A stretch of DNA of 63,827 nt, counting the filler, from Reticulomyxa filosa (Eukaryota; Protista; Foraminifera), in assembly GCA_000512085.1 (NCBI GenBank). It is 20 parts of 20 records of this genome, joined end to end, with 100 filler letters (N's around TTAATTAATTAA, not from the genome) between each part and the next. Parts side by side here need not be neighbours in the genome. Positions count along the whole stretch, not along the records: positions 1 to 1,737 come from ASPP01033146.1; positions 1,838 to 3,890 come from ASPP01001134.1; positions 3,991 to 16,096 come from ASPP01003375.1; 17 more parts are not named here. One strand, 5' to 3'. Under the pieces are notes generated by a model. The model ran no database searches, had not been told where the DNA came from, and was given only the letters and a program-made list of their open reading frames with translations. This document shows, piece after piece, positions 1-12,614 of the stretch (position 1 is its first letter; each line of letters begins with the position of its first letter). The position numbers and the translations under genes are program-made.

Positions 1-183
1 ACTCCAATTCTTTATTTTAAACATTAATGAAATTATTTGAGTTTATTTAATTTTAATTTAGATTTTCATTTATCCTTTTAAAAGTGATTTACAACTCATT
101 TTTAAAAACAAAATTAAATTTCTTTTTTTTTTTAAGAACCTTCAAAGGGATCATCTCACCCCTTTTTTTAACTTCTTCATAGC

Positions 184-428
184 ATGAGTAATCAAAACAC
201 AGCTCTTTTTCAAACTTCTCCCTTTCAAAGCTTGAAGGAATTGCACATTTTATTTAAACAGTTCAATGTGTGCTCCTCATTTGTGGAGGTTACTGTCATT
301 CTTATCATACTCTTAAAAACGAATACAAGTTGATCTGTGAATATCCAAGTGATGTTCATTTAGATAGGTACTGTGTAATGAACCTGGTAGATAGCAACAA
401 TAACAGCAATGAAATCACTTTCTTTTAA
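184..428 (+). pseudogene. Decayed Kelch-like beta-propeller gene remnant
   Basis: Frameshifted reading MSNQNTALFQTSPFQSLKEL..LICGG..CHSYHTLKNEYKLICEYPSDV; the hydrophobic-GG Kelch-type blade ends in a premature stop. Confidence 0.5.
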
Positions 429-1099
429 TGGAGATACATATGATTTATTTTTTTTTCTGTCAAGAACGATGAATGAGGTTCAATATGCAAAATGGAGTTA
501 AAAATACATATGATTTCTTTTCAATGAAGACAAAAAATCAATGATATATTTGTGGTCTTTTTCAAAAGAACAAATGAATAGATACATTGATAAAAAATGA
601 ATGATAATTTGGATTAGATAATACAACAATATGAAACAACATCCAATTTTAAATTGTATGAAAATAAATATCAATTTTAAATAAATCATGCCAAGAATAG
701 TATGTAATCTCACAATCGATTATTTAGTAATATAACAACTTGTCGTTGTATGTATTTTTACAAAAAAAAAATCTACCAAGATGTAATTCAAAGTATTTTT
801 TAAAAGTGTCCTTCATTCAATTTGAAAAAAAAGAGTTTAACCATGTTTTATATGTATGGATTATTCAGATTGTGATTGTCTGTGAGAGGAAGTATTACAA
901 AGCAAAATAATCGGAAAAAACAAATTAATGAATTGAATATCATATGTGAGGAAATTTCAAAAATGAATAAATAATTACAATCTAATGTTAAAACAACAAT
1001 TGGTATGTTTTATTTTTTTATTTTCAATTTTAAAATCACTTGAATACAAAAAGTATGTGGAATTGCATATTTTCAATAGATATGAGGAATGTGTTTGAT

Positions 1100-1180
1100 G
1101 TGGTGGGGGGGATACAATATTATCTGGATCAAATGATTTCAGTGTTCATTTGTGGGATATTCGATCAAACAAGAAGTAGA
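1100..1180 (+). pseudogene. WD40 repeat remnant
   Basis: Reads GGDTILSGSNDFSVHLWDIRSNKK*, closely matching a repeat of the WD40 gene at 4021-5265. Confidence 0.6.
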
Positions 1181-1737
1181 GTGAGTTAAATGGAATAAAT
1201 GTCTTTCCCAATCAAGTGATATAATATATACTTCAAAAACAGTGTAACACTTTTTTTAATTAAAAGTTACTACTGTTATTGATAAATAAACAATTGATAA
1301 TTTTTTTTTTGTTTATTCCTACGCCTCTTTCGCATTAAAACAATATGGATATTCAAATTGAAAAATTAATAAGATATCTCAAAGATAAAAAATAAAAAAT
1401 AAAAAAAAGAAACAAATGGATGACTTTTATAAAATGAATATATTTTTTTTTTTTTTTATTTATTATTATTATTTGTTATATTTACAGAAATAAGTTGTTA
1501 TTATAAATATCAAAATAGTTTTTGTTTTTATTTTCATCAGATTGCTATCATTGGTATTCTCAAGGCTCTTCAAGACAGCAAAGCAGCAAAAAAAAAAAAA
1601 AACAACTTGAATAAACAAAAGTCAAATTTTGAAACATAAAATCAAAATCAAAGTGATATTTAAAACAACACAAGCTGCATATATTTAAAGAAAATGAAGA
1701 CATTTCATTTACAAAAGGATCAGATGAAAAACAAATT

Positions 1738-1837
1738 NNNNNNNNNNNNNNNNNNNNNNNNNNNNNNNNNNNNNNNNNNNNTTAATTAATTAANNNNNNN
1801 NNNNNNNNNNNNNNNNNNNNNNNNNNNNNNNNNNNNN
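1738..1837. other. Artificial contig linker (N44-TTAATTAATTAA-N44), first of 19
   Basis: The same 100-bp spacer starts at about 1738, 3891, 16097, 17653, 19977, 22010, 25645, 26820, 28203, 32024, 38895, 43580, 44961, 48000, 53396, 54768, 59853, 61365 and 62609. TTAATTAATTAA gives stops in all six frames. Confidence 0.98.
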
Positions 1838-1896
1838 TATACACATACATATACATATATATGTATAATTTTTTTGTCGAAATGCAAAAAAAAAAG

Positions 1897-2581
1897 ATGC
1901 ACTCACGGTCGAGGAAATGCTGCAACGCTTGCGACTAACTTTCAATCAATGGTTTTGTGATTGCGCATTTTTGTTTCCATTGTATGGGTGTGGCGATTTG
2001 GCTCAAGGATTTTGTCGTTCCAGCGCTGTGAAGAAAGTAGTGTTTATATTGAACTGGACTGTGCAAGGCATTGTGGCGCAACCAAGTCTGCAAGTGGAAG
2101 AAAAAGAAAAAGAAAAATATAATAATGACAATAACAAGAATGAATCGAAATCCGATGTCATGTATTAATTCACAAGCATTGTGACTCCAGCGAAACAACT
2201 TTTGAAATCCAACTTCCTCGTGTGCTCGTTGGACTATTTGAGTGGATTCATCGATCATGCCATCAGAAAGTATGTACGAATGACCGTGATTGCCGATGGG
2301 CCCTTGCAAGACACTCTGTGTGAGATACCTGACCCTTTTCTCCAAAATGAGTATTGTGGAAAAAAAACATGGGAGCAACAACGGAGTCATTCATGTCCCC
2401 CATATGACCTCCAAATTTCAAAACCCTTTTTCCATTCAAATCATTCAATTGGATCACACTTCTTGTGTTGTACCTGATGGACTACGTTATTTTTTTTTAT
2501 TTTATTTTTTGTATTTATTATGATATGTGTATATGTACATATATGTTACATAATATACTTGGCGTACATGTGGACATTGTG
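1897..2581 (+). pseudogene. Rab escort protein (REP/GDI family), disrupted partial copy
   Basis: FLFPLYGCGDLAQGFCRSSAV matches the REP/GDI motif FLFPLYGxGE(I/L)PQGFCR. Downstream RMTVIADGPL and IQIIQLDHTSCVVPDG follow REP order. It has an in-frame TAA at 2166-2168, a frameshift at or before the A-run near 2360, and no clear AG acceptor for the next exon. Confidence 0.7.
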
Positions 2582-3130
2582 ATGATGCCTCACTCTGCGA
2601 TGACGTACCCGTTTTCATTGTCACTTTGTCGTCGCGTGGACTTGCGCAAACTCACCGATCCTGATAGTCTGTTGCAATCCAAACACAAACATTCCCACAG
2701 ACGAATGTGTCGCTCCAAAAGTACTAGTACTTCCACTAATCAATCCACTCCTATTTTGCAACAACGCTCTCGCTTCTATAATAGGGCACGCACGAGGATG
2801 AGTCAAGTTTAAACTCCTTCCCTTTTTTTCTTTTTTCTTTCATTAAAAAAAAACAAAACAAAAAATGTCTTGCTTGTTTTTGTTTATTATCAATACTACT
2901 ATCACCGCACGTAGTCCTCGGATGGTGCTTTTGAATTCTGAGAAGTGATCCTTTGAATACAAGTACTCTATATATAAATATGTATATGTACATATTTAAA
3001 TACTTTTATAAATTTACACGTTTTATTGTGCACAATACACACGCACAAATTCATAGTATACGTATACATGTGGTTACAAAATTGATACTTAATCTTCTCA
3101 TCCAAAATAAAATTTCAAAGCAATAGACAA

Positions 3131-3890
3131 TCAAAATAAGTGCTGCATCCGTAAAAATCCCCCTTGGCAACAATGAACGTAATTCAACCACCAACCTTGC
3201 CCATCGCAAACGGCAAATACGAACGCTATCGACAATAGCGTCAACGCCGTCCCATAGTAGAATGTTGACAGTATTTGGAGACTTGAATTTGCGATATCAC
3301 CCTTCCGCCAGTGGTAGTAATAGTATAAAACGCCTAGTATGCCGTTATCAATCACTGTTTCAACCACTTTGTCACTTTTTTTTTCAGGGCTTCCTTTCGT
3401 TCGTGCGCCACTCACAGAAACGCTGCTGGTCTTTTCCAACGTTTCAGTCACTGTTATCATTGTGTTGCCTATTTCCTCTATCTCTTCATCGCTACAAATC
3501 ACTAGCTTGTTCAACCGACGTTTTTCTATCCCATTGTTCAAACTCTGTTTGCTTACATGTTTTGTCATATTCCGGTTTTCTTTCTTGTTTTGGGAACACA
3601 AACTTTTTGGTGGTTCTATTAAGTCTTCATTTCTCTGCTCTTTTACTGCACTATTGCACTGCATACTCTTTATTCATTTAGCATTACTTAGATATTGCTG
3701 AATATCCATCGATGGCGTTCTACTCAACATTTTTGGGGGTCCCCAAACTTTTCTGTACAACGTTAAAGTATCACACTCTACAATGCTTAAACACATTTTT
3801 TTAGAAGCTGTCAAAGTCTTGTATAAAATTCTTTCAGAGGTTACACTCATACCTTTCAAATGTGCATCTTGCGTTGTCATATTGCATCTC
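3131..3890 (-). pseudogene. Hypothetical membrane protein fragment with in-frame TGA
   Basis: ORFs 3674-3880 and 3131-3664 share a frame and are separated by one TGA (3674-3676); the C-terminal part has a hydrophobic segment. Confidence 0.35.
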
Positions 3891-4020
3891 NNNNNNNNNN
3901 NNNNNNNNNNNNNNNNNNNNNNNNNNNNNNNNNNTTAATTAATTAANNNNNNNNNNNNNNNNNNNNNNNNNNNNNNNNNNNNNNNNNNNNTTACTCAAAC
4001 TTCGTGCTGATATTGAAATT

Positions 4021-5265
4021 ATGAAAAAAGATTTTATTGAAAAAGAAAAATATTATAATCAATCCATCAAATCATTACAAGAAAAAAATGATCAACTTTC
4101 CAACAAAGAAGAAAGAAAAGATAATGACAATATCTCATCTTCTAATGTCAAATATTCTTCCACTTTTTCTTTTGATTTGTTTTGTTCATCATCCAAACTA
4201 CTCAAAACATTCAGTGGACATACCAATCCTGTGCGGAGTATTGATTATTTGACACTCAATGACTGTCAGTATCTTTGCTCTGGATCAGATGATAAAATAG
4301 TTTACATATGGGATGTAGAAATAGCCAAACAAATCCGATTATTCAAAGGACATTCAAAGCATGTACATTGTGCAAAATTTTCACCATATCATCAACATTA
4401 TCATGGAATGAATAATCGTCGTCCCATTGTTTGTTCTTCATCACAAGACAAAACTATTCGTTTTTGGGATTTTGAAACATCGAAAGAATTTCAAATATTC
4501 AATGGACATACTGAAGGAGTCGCTGGTATTGTATTTTCACCGTTCAATAATGGTCGATATTTATGTTCTGGATCTGATGACAAAACTATTCGTTTATGGG
4601 ATATTGAAACGTCTAAATTATTACATGTTTTCAATGGACATACAAGTTCTGTTTGGTGTATGGAATTTTCATCATTGCAAAGTAATAACAATAACAGCAA
4701 TAAAATGAATAGTGTTGGTATGATTGGTGGTAGTGGATATTCAATTTGTTCTGGATCATATGATTGCACTGTTCGTTTGTGGGATGTTGAAACAACCAAA
4801 GAATTAACTATTTTTAAAGGACATGAAAATTATGTAAGGAGCGTAAAATATTCACCATATGAAACAAATACAATATGTTCTGGATCAAACGATAAAAGTG
4901 TTCGTTTGTGGGATATTCGATCAAATAAGGAAATTTATATATTTAAGGGACATACGAGTACTATATTGGCTATAGAATATTTACCATTTTTGAACAATAA
5001 CAATGGAGATGGAACATCAATTATTAATTCGAATATAATATGTTCTGGATCAAATGATGATACAATTCGTTTTTGGGACATTCGAAAAAATAAACAGTTG
5101 CATGTGATCAAAGGAAATGGAAATGAAGATGGTGGAATATATTCTCTTCAATTTTTACCATTGAAAAATAAAGAAAAAGGCAGCAAAAAAACTGATAACA
5201 GTGTTTGCAGCGTCAATTTGTGTTACGGTTCATATAAAGGCCCCATCCGTATTTTGGGATATTAA
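4021..5265 (+). CDS. WD40-repeat protein with N-terminal coiled coil (5' end probably truncated by contig edge)
   Basis: 414-aa ORF with about 7 repeats of GH...CSGSxDxTIRxWD. Confidence 0.93.
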   Translation: MKKDFIEKEKYYNQSIKSLQEKNDQLSNKEERKDNDNISSSNVKYSSTFSFDLFCSSSKLLKTFSGHTNPVRSIDYLTLNDCQYLCSGSDDKIVYIWDVEIAKQIRLFKGHSKHVHCAKFSPYHQHYHGMNNRRPIVCSSSQDKTIRFWDFETSKEFQIFNGHTEGVAGIVFSPFNNGRYLCSGSDDKTIRLWDIETSKLLHVFNGHTSSVWCMEFSSLQSNNNNSNKMNSVGMIGGSGYSICSGSYDCTVRLWDVETTKELTIFKGHENYVRSVKYSPYETNTICSGSNDKSVRLWDIRSNKEIYIFKGHTSTILAIEYLPFLNNNNGDGTSIINSNIICSGSNDDTIRFWDIRKNKQLHVIKGNGNEDGGIYSLQFLPLKNKEKGSKKTDNSVCSVNLCYGSYKGPIRILGY

Positions 5266-8200
5266 CAAACATATTCGTAGATTCTTTTTTAATTTAATCA
5301 AATGAAGTGTTCAAGGGTTGGTGATGAAACACTCAATTATTTTCTCAATTTATAGATATTTATAAGATGTTCATGTTCTCCTTTTCTAATGGGAACTTAA
5401 AATTGTTGATTCGAACTTTTTGAAAAAATTTTATTTGATTACAAAAGAGACTTTAAAATTAAATTTTGAAAATTATGAAACTTTTTGAAATCATAATGTC
5501 TGCATTAAAATAAATAAAAAAAGAATTACAACACATGTTACATGTAAATAAAATCTTCTCACTTTTTGCAAAGTCTATTATAGCATATAAAAATGCCCTT
5601 ATTAATCATCAGCACAAAAAAAAAACATAAATAAATAACTTTTAATTTTTACTTGCACTTTATTTATCGCAAAAACGCAACATCTATGTTAATTGATATT
5701 TAAAAAAAAGTCAAATTTTCATTTATCATGCTTTACACGTTATGTTGTTTTCTTCAAAAAAAAAATTCAGTGCAAATGTAACGTCATTTTAATCAGTCTA
5801 ACATGTGCCAAGTTTAGTCATCACGTAAAAACAAACAAAAAGAAAAAATCTTTACATACCATTTAGCAAAAAAAAAGGAATATCGTTTTGATGAAAGAAA
5901 GACTAAGAAATGTTTTTAACTCTTTTTTTTTTTTAGTTGTCACCTCTTCAGTACAACTCAAATTATTATTTTTTAAAAAGTTAAACATTAATAATTTCTT
6001 CTATTTCTTTGATATTGAATACAAAAGACAATTTTCCAAGAATAAATTATTATAAGGAAAAAATTAAACGAGAAATGTTAGGAGCATCTAAACAGTGCTG
6101 TTAGTTCTAAATCCAATAATGTGAAAAAAAACGAATTAAAAGTTCGAAGCAAGCTTTTATTGTGACGTTTCTCTAATATTTGAGCATGCTTGACATCCCT
6201 CTTAACGACGAAAAAGACGTCAACAAGCCAAGTCTTATCAAAATTGACAAGTTCTGTCTTCCAGAAAAGTTTTCTTCTTAAACAGCTCTAGTAATCGATG
6301 ATAAGACTGTAATTTTTTTGAAAGCGACACGATTCGCATCTTCAACGTGATAACTCATGACTTTGTCTCAGCTCCTTATGAATTAACGATTATATATTTT
6401 CTTACGAATCTTATGTAAGTACCATTTCACTTCGTTACCTCCTAATAACTGCAGTTTAAACTTTTTCTAACAACAACAAAAATTTAATTTCTGTCCCCTT
6501 TATACAAACGAGAACACTTCTGTCCTAAGTACAGGAGAAGTTCCATATGAATGAGGGAATCCTTTTTTTCTTCAACAACCTTCACTGTCTTTCTTCTTTC
6601 ACTTTTTTGTTTTCTTATTTCTTTATCAGTGAGTTGTTTATCTCTTTAGTATTTAACCACTTTTATTTTCCTTTTCGAAAACTCTTGCAGTAATTACTTT
6701 CGTATTACACTTAGTGTTATCTCTAAATCTTCCTACACTCCTTTAAGTAGTATTGCTTTGGTTCGGGACGATGATGACTACAGATTGGTAACATAAACAA
6801 TTTTAAAGATATGGTGCTGCTCTTATTTATTCATTTTGTCAACAAGAATGGAATAGTACAAAATTCCTTTTGCAAGAAGAATATTTTACACAAGTATTTT
6901 TTATGGACATCCCGACGAAATGTGGACATATACGGAACAATCACTCAATTGTTGAAGGAACACGAAAAGAATATGTTCTGTGAATATTTGGATGAAATTA
7001 ATTTAGGAATTTCCGAAGAATATACCAATCAAATTATCCAAATTTTTTATGAATATCTTGAAAGCGTCTTAGAAAAACTTCAGTGTTGTGGATTAAAAGA
7101 TGTTTCAGATATTATCATAGAGATGCTTGATTTTAAAATGGATTTGTTGATGCCAGAAATTTAATAAATTTTTGGCTAATGATAACTTTTGTTTAATGAA
7201 ACAAACTTGTACGTTTTTAGGATTGTGCAATGAACGATAATTTTTTAAAATCAAAAGTTGATTATTCCTTGTTAAATGTTTAAAATGAAAGAAGAACATC
7301 CATGACAAAAAATTGTGTCATATAAAAATGTAACATAGTGTTCAACAGGTTCCGTTTTGAGGACACTAATTTTTCATTTTTTGAAAGTGAATGTTTGCTT
7401 AGCACAAAATGAAATGGATTGTGTTTTTTTTGTTAATAGATTGCTGATCATTAATCAAAATTTGATGTTTTTTTGTTTACAAAAATTGAGTTTAGCCGCG
7501 ATTTTGTTCATAACAGTAATCAAAATAGGATTGCTTTAAAGTTAATCATGTTGATGGGCGACAATTTCCATTTCTTCTTCGATTGTAAGATCTGTCATGA
7601 TTTGAAATTGGTCAGCTCTCTTTCTTTTAATGAGCTACCAATAACTGGCAAAAGTAATAAACGCCAATATGTCAATTACTCAAGTACTAACTGTGAAACC
7701 ACTCCAAAAAATTGACAGTAGTATCGGAATAATCATACATCAAAGTTTGCAGATTGTCATCCATTTGTAGTGGAAGTTCTTTTTGTGCATCATTCATATT
7801 ATTATTCTTATCAGATATACTAATTCCATTTAAGAATCACTGAAACAGAACATAAACGCAGGCATTGACAAAAACAAATTTCTTCTATTCTTGAAATCAT
7901 TCTGCCATTTCACCAAGTACATGCCAGGACTGGAAGAACTGCATGATATTTCCGAGAATATTGAATGGAATTACAAGCAACAATTAAATCATTTAATCCA
8001 CTAAACACAAGTATGTAAATATCGCTATTCGTTAAAATGCTGACATAATTTTATTTTGATCATAGCCATTCCAACAACTCAAATTCAATTTCATATATTT
8101 ACAGTCCAAGTTAACATGAAACGCGTTCCAAACCTTGGGTTAATGGAGATATTCGACTATATATTTACTATTGCAAGAAGGATAAGGATGAGCATAAATC

Positions 8201-8654
8201 TTTCAACAAACTGTGTAATAAGTAACACAATATACTTTGGTTACAACAACGTATTAGAACAGAGCAAAATTTCGATACCCTTCTTCCACCAACTAAATTT
8301 TGAAACAAGCTTTATTTTATATAAAACGAGGAATTTCTTTGAAAAAATATAAAATAATAATGTTATGTTGTATATTTAGTAAGTACTTCCCAGATAAACA
8401 ATATAATGATTGTCACGAATTGCGGACTGTTTTTGTAATTTGTTTAGTATAATCGTTATTTGTAAATTCTTTTTTCTCACAAACTAATTAAAATAGACTT
8501 TCTTAAAAAAATTTAATATTTATTTGCAATACGCTTTCATGGTACTAGTTTTTTGTATATTTGGCATCGCTTTTAATGATAACATATAATAAAAATTGTT
8601 TTCATTATTAAAACCAGTTTTTGTGATTTCATTTTAACGTCAAAAAGGTAAATT

Positions 8655-8804
8655 ATAGACGAAAAGGATTCACAAGCAGTGATTGTCGACAATGTTAGTG
8701 ATATGATGAAAGCTTGTTTCAGTGATGACGGTGCTCCACTAGCAGTATTTACTAGCATTGTTGGAAGACCAAAACACGAAGATACAGTGATCGTAATGGT
8801 TTAG
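8655..8804 (+). pseudogene. Actin N-terminal pseudogene fragment
   Basis: Reads DEKDSQAVIVDNVSDMMKACFSDDGAPLAVFTSIVGRPKHEDTVIVMV*, versus actin [34 protein letters not shown]. The start position is ATA, P-loop glycines are lost and a TAG follows at 8802-8804. Confidence 0.85.
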
Positions 8805-8905
8805 CGCAAAAAAATTTTGAATATTTAAAAAAAAAACATTAAAATTTGTTCTTTTAATCAAACTTTTCAAACAAAAATAATTTCATTTATTGTTCAACAA
8901 AAAAG

Positions 8906-9570
8906 TCAATAAATATGAATTGAACCGTCAGTTGAACCATAATACAAATTCCATTCACATGCATTATCCTTTTTCTTTTTCAATTCAATAAATTTCATAC
9001 ATATTATTTCATACCTTTTTTTATTATCTCCATTATCTACATTATCTCCATTATCTCCATTATCTCTATTATCTCCATTATCTCCATTATCTCCTTTGAT
9101 CATATGATCCAGAACAAAGGAATTGACAATCATCAAATGTCATATGATCAATGCTATGTACATTGCTTGTATGTCCAGTTAACGGACTGATTAATTTGGC
9201 TGATGCACAAAATAATTTACAATCATCAAATGCAATATGATCGATGCTATGTACATAGCTTGCACGTCCAGTTAACGGACTTATTAATTTGGCTGATGCA
9301 CAAAATAATTCAAATATGAATAAATCGTAATCTATATTAAATTAATATTTTACTGTTTATTTTATTTTTAAAAGAAAGAACAAAATAACATAATTAACAA
9401 CGAGTTTGTCAAACTAAATTTAATGTTCAATATCCTGATCCAATGTGTAATACTACTTTAACTTTTTTTTCTTTAATCTATGTAACCACAAATTATGTAC
9501 AATAAACAAAATAATAAAAAATACAACTATTTTCTGAAAGCATACCTCATTTTCGAAAGTTGTCATTTTA
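8906..9570 (-). pseudogene. Collapsed WD40-family pseudogene
   Basis: C-terminal NLYYGSTDGSIHIY* resembles the end of the 4021-5265 gene. A ~90-bp first-repeat segment is duplicated (about 9128-9218 and 9220-9310). The 5' part resembles the WD40 start at 22110-22541. Confidence 0.6.
9022..9093. repeat. 9-bp minisatellite (TTATCTCCA)n, about 8 copies
   Basis: Directly visible; reads GDN repeats on the minus strand. Confidence 0.85.
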
Positions 9571-10232
9571 AATTTTTTCTTTTTTTCTTAAGAGAGTTTT
9601 TTATATATTAAATTTTTTCTTTCAAGAGTAAAGGGGTTTTCAAAAATATTTTTTGCAATATAAAATATGATTTTGACAGTATATATAATTTTTTTTCAAA
9701 AAAAGAATTTAGTATATCTCAAGTTATTTTCAAAAGATTTCAACATAAACTTTGAGAATAAAAAAAAAATTTGATCAATCTATTTTCTATGAAATACACT
9801 ATACAATTATCCAATTTTGCAAAAAAGTTGTCATTGCATATTCAAAAAAAACAAATGCGATAATTATATTTCTGTAAGTGAAAGAAATGTATTAATATAT
9901 GTATTATATTGACAAGATAATGCATTGTAAGATTTGTCAATAATGCTATAAGTTATAAGGCAACATTGCTAGATTGAAGTTGAAATTTTTTAACTGGATT
10001 TTAAGATGGAAAACCAAAGCCCATTGATGATGTACAAAAAGTGATTAGCTTGATTTCCGCAAAAGTGAAAAATTCATTATGCAATTAAGGAACCTTTTTG
10101 GGGCGGAAAGGTTATTCACAACTTGCAAAAAGAAAAACAAAAAAAATCAACAGCACACCACAAATGGTGTCCCACAAGATCAACACATACAAGTTGAGTA
10201 TTTTTGTTTTTTTTATTTCGTTTCGTTTGATA

Positions 10233-12202
10233 TTAATAGGATTGCTTAATATTCCAATGTAATACACGCCCGTCCACTGAAGAAGTAGTGAATTTGCCAT
10301 CCGCATAAACCACGATATCACTAAATTAAACAAAATAACACAAAAACAAATAGATTTAATTGTCACACCACAAAGAAAATAAATAAATAGAAACTTGATA
10401 ATATTTTGATGACGGAAAGGTAAGGCAATGTCATCTCCTGCGGTTGCTTTTCCTAATTTGGATGTATCTATATAAAAAATAAGCATATGATTATTTACTA
10501 ATTAATAATGATCTTTTTGATAAGTGAGAAAATATTTTTATGCAAACGAAACTTTCAAATTTTCCCAAAGAGCCTTCAAAGGCTGTTTTTGAGACGGCTT
10601 TTCCAGTAGTTTTTCCTTTGTCCAAAGGTCCAGTCTCTTCCCATCGTCCTTTGTATTCATAAACAATGGGAACATTGTCATATCCTCCACCAACTGCCGA
10701 ATTGTCATTTAAAAATGTAATTGCGCGAACTGGCAAATCACGTCGCAAAATGGTTTGAACGTCCACTTTTCCATCTTTTATTTCTCCAAAATGGACCGTA
10801 GAGTCGTGTCCTTTGATTATTTTATTTTTTTTTTTTAATTCGAAAGAGATTTTTGGTGTGTGATTGAGAAAAACAAAAACATTGATATTGAAACTGTATA
10901 AAAAATAGATCAATATAGATTTATCAAACCAGCAAATGCGAATCTCATTCCGGATTGAGAAAATCGACAAGCCTCAATCCATCCTCGACTTTGATCAAAT
11001 TCGGCCAACACTGTACCGAAATCAGTGCACTTGTCTTTTCCCCAGATTTGGGAGTAGTTTTCATCAATACTTGTACTGACACATCACAACAAACATAAGG
11101 CAATTATATATGTCACCACAAATCAAACAAGCAAAAAAAAATTAACTCAGAATCTACTTCAGGAATGTACCCTGAAAATATGCGACACTTAAAATCACAG
11201 CCTCCTGCAATTATAAACTATTTCAACAAATCATTTTTTTTTTTTAAAGATGCCCCCTTCCAAAAAAAACATATACGTAGGGTTTTTTTCCTCCTCCCCT
11301 GGCCCGATAAAAAATTAAAAGTTGGAAAAAAAAAAAAAAGTAAACAAAACGGCATTGTTTGGAGACCAATCAACACACAAAATGGTGGATTTGGGGCCTT
11401 TTTTAACCATTTTGGCAACCCACAAGTTTTGGCTTGCCTCATAATGACACACTGGAATTTGTTTTGAACCAGAACCGACAGCAAACTTTTTGCCGTTTGG
11501 AGACCACTTGATACACGTGGCTGCTCTTCCAATTCTATTTCAAGTGTTTATGTAAATTTATGTGTTATATATTATGAAGAGATTTTGCAAGTGTTCAAAA
11601 CTATTTGTTTCACCCCTCCCTTTCTTAAGCATTGTGCAACATTTCAAAAAAAAAAAAAAAAAAATTATTTATTTTCTTGTTTGGGTTTGCCCCCCCCCCC
11701 TCAATAACAAAAACAAAACAAACTAAAAGTTTTTTTTTTTTTTTTTTGTATGTTGCATTTTTAGGTTACAAAATGTGTAAAAGTGATTTTATACGTAACC
11801 GAAGAATGACCAATGTTGGCTTCCATTCATTTTGCTCATATTTCCAGACATAAGCATTTCTGTCCTGTCCGCTTGTTGCGATCAAGTTGTTTGTGTGATT
11901 CCAATCAATTCCTGTCACTGTCATGAAATGATCTTTCAATTGGAATTTCTTCTCCCATGTCTTTGGGTCCTCTCCTTTTGCCTGTTTGTTTCAGTTCACA
12001 TACACACGCAACACAAATGAATGCTTTCTACTACGAGTTCTTTTTTTGGGACAAAAATTGGAACAACTAATAATTTTGAACAATGATTAACTTCATAAAT
12101 GTACACGACGCTGGAATTTGGGCACAACGCCACTTGGGTGTGATCAGCATTCCAAGAGTGAGCGGTTATGCTGGTAAGAAAGACTGGCTCAGGTGCTGCC
12201 AT
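10233..12202 (-). CDS. ARPC1: Arp2/3 complex subunit 1 (p41), multi-exon
   Basis: MAAPEPVFLTSITAHSWNADHTQVALCPNS start; later exons RAATCIKWSPNGKKFAVGSGS, GGCDFKCRIFS, GHDSTV, GGGYDNVP, HQNII and FTTSSVDGRVLHW; GT-AG introns. Confidence 0.92.
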
Positions 12203-12614
12203 TTGGATGGTTCAAGTCCTAAAAACACCGATGAAACGATTATAAGGTAAAAAAAAAGGTATGAACGACAAAAGTCGTTTTGTTTGCTAATATTTTTTGT
12301 CTTCGGTGGCTATTTTATTCGGAATACTTCACATTTGAGCGTTTATTTAATTTCTTTTCAAATTAAGATAATACTTTTTTATTGTTAGCTTCCACAAACA
12401 AAGGCAAAATTATCGAGGAAACGCAACAAGTCAGCTCGCGTTTGCACAACAAGTGACAAAAGGGGTACCAAAAACTGCAAGTAAGTCGTTGTACACTACC
12501 ACAGGGTAGGTAACACAAGTACGTGCTACCTTTGCCCCAAAAAAAAGGGTCGATTTTTTAGTGTTTTCCGTTTTGAAGTATCTTGTTATAAATTTGTGAT
12601 TTACAAAGAAAAAA

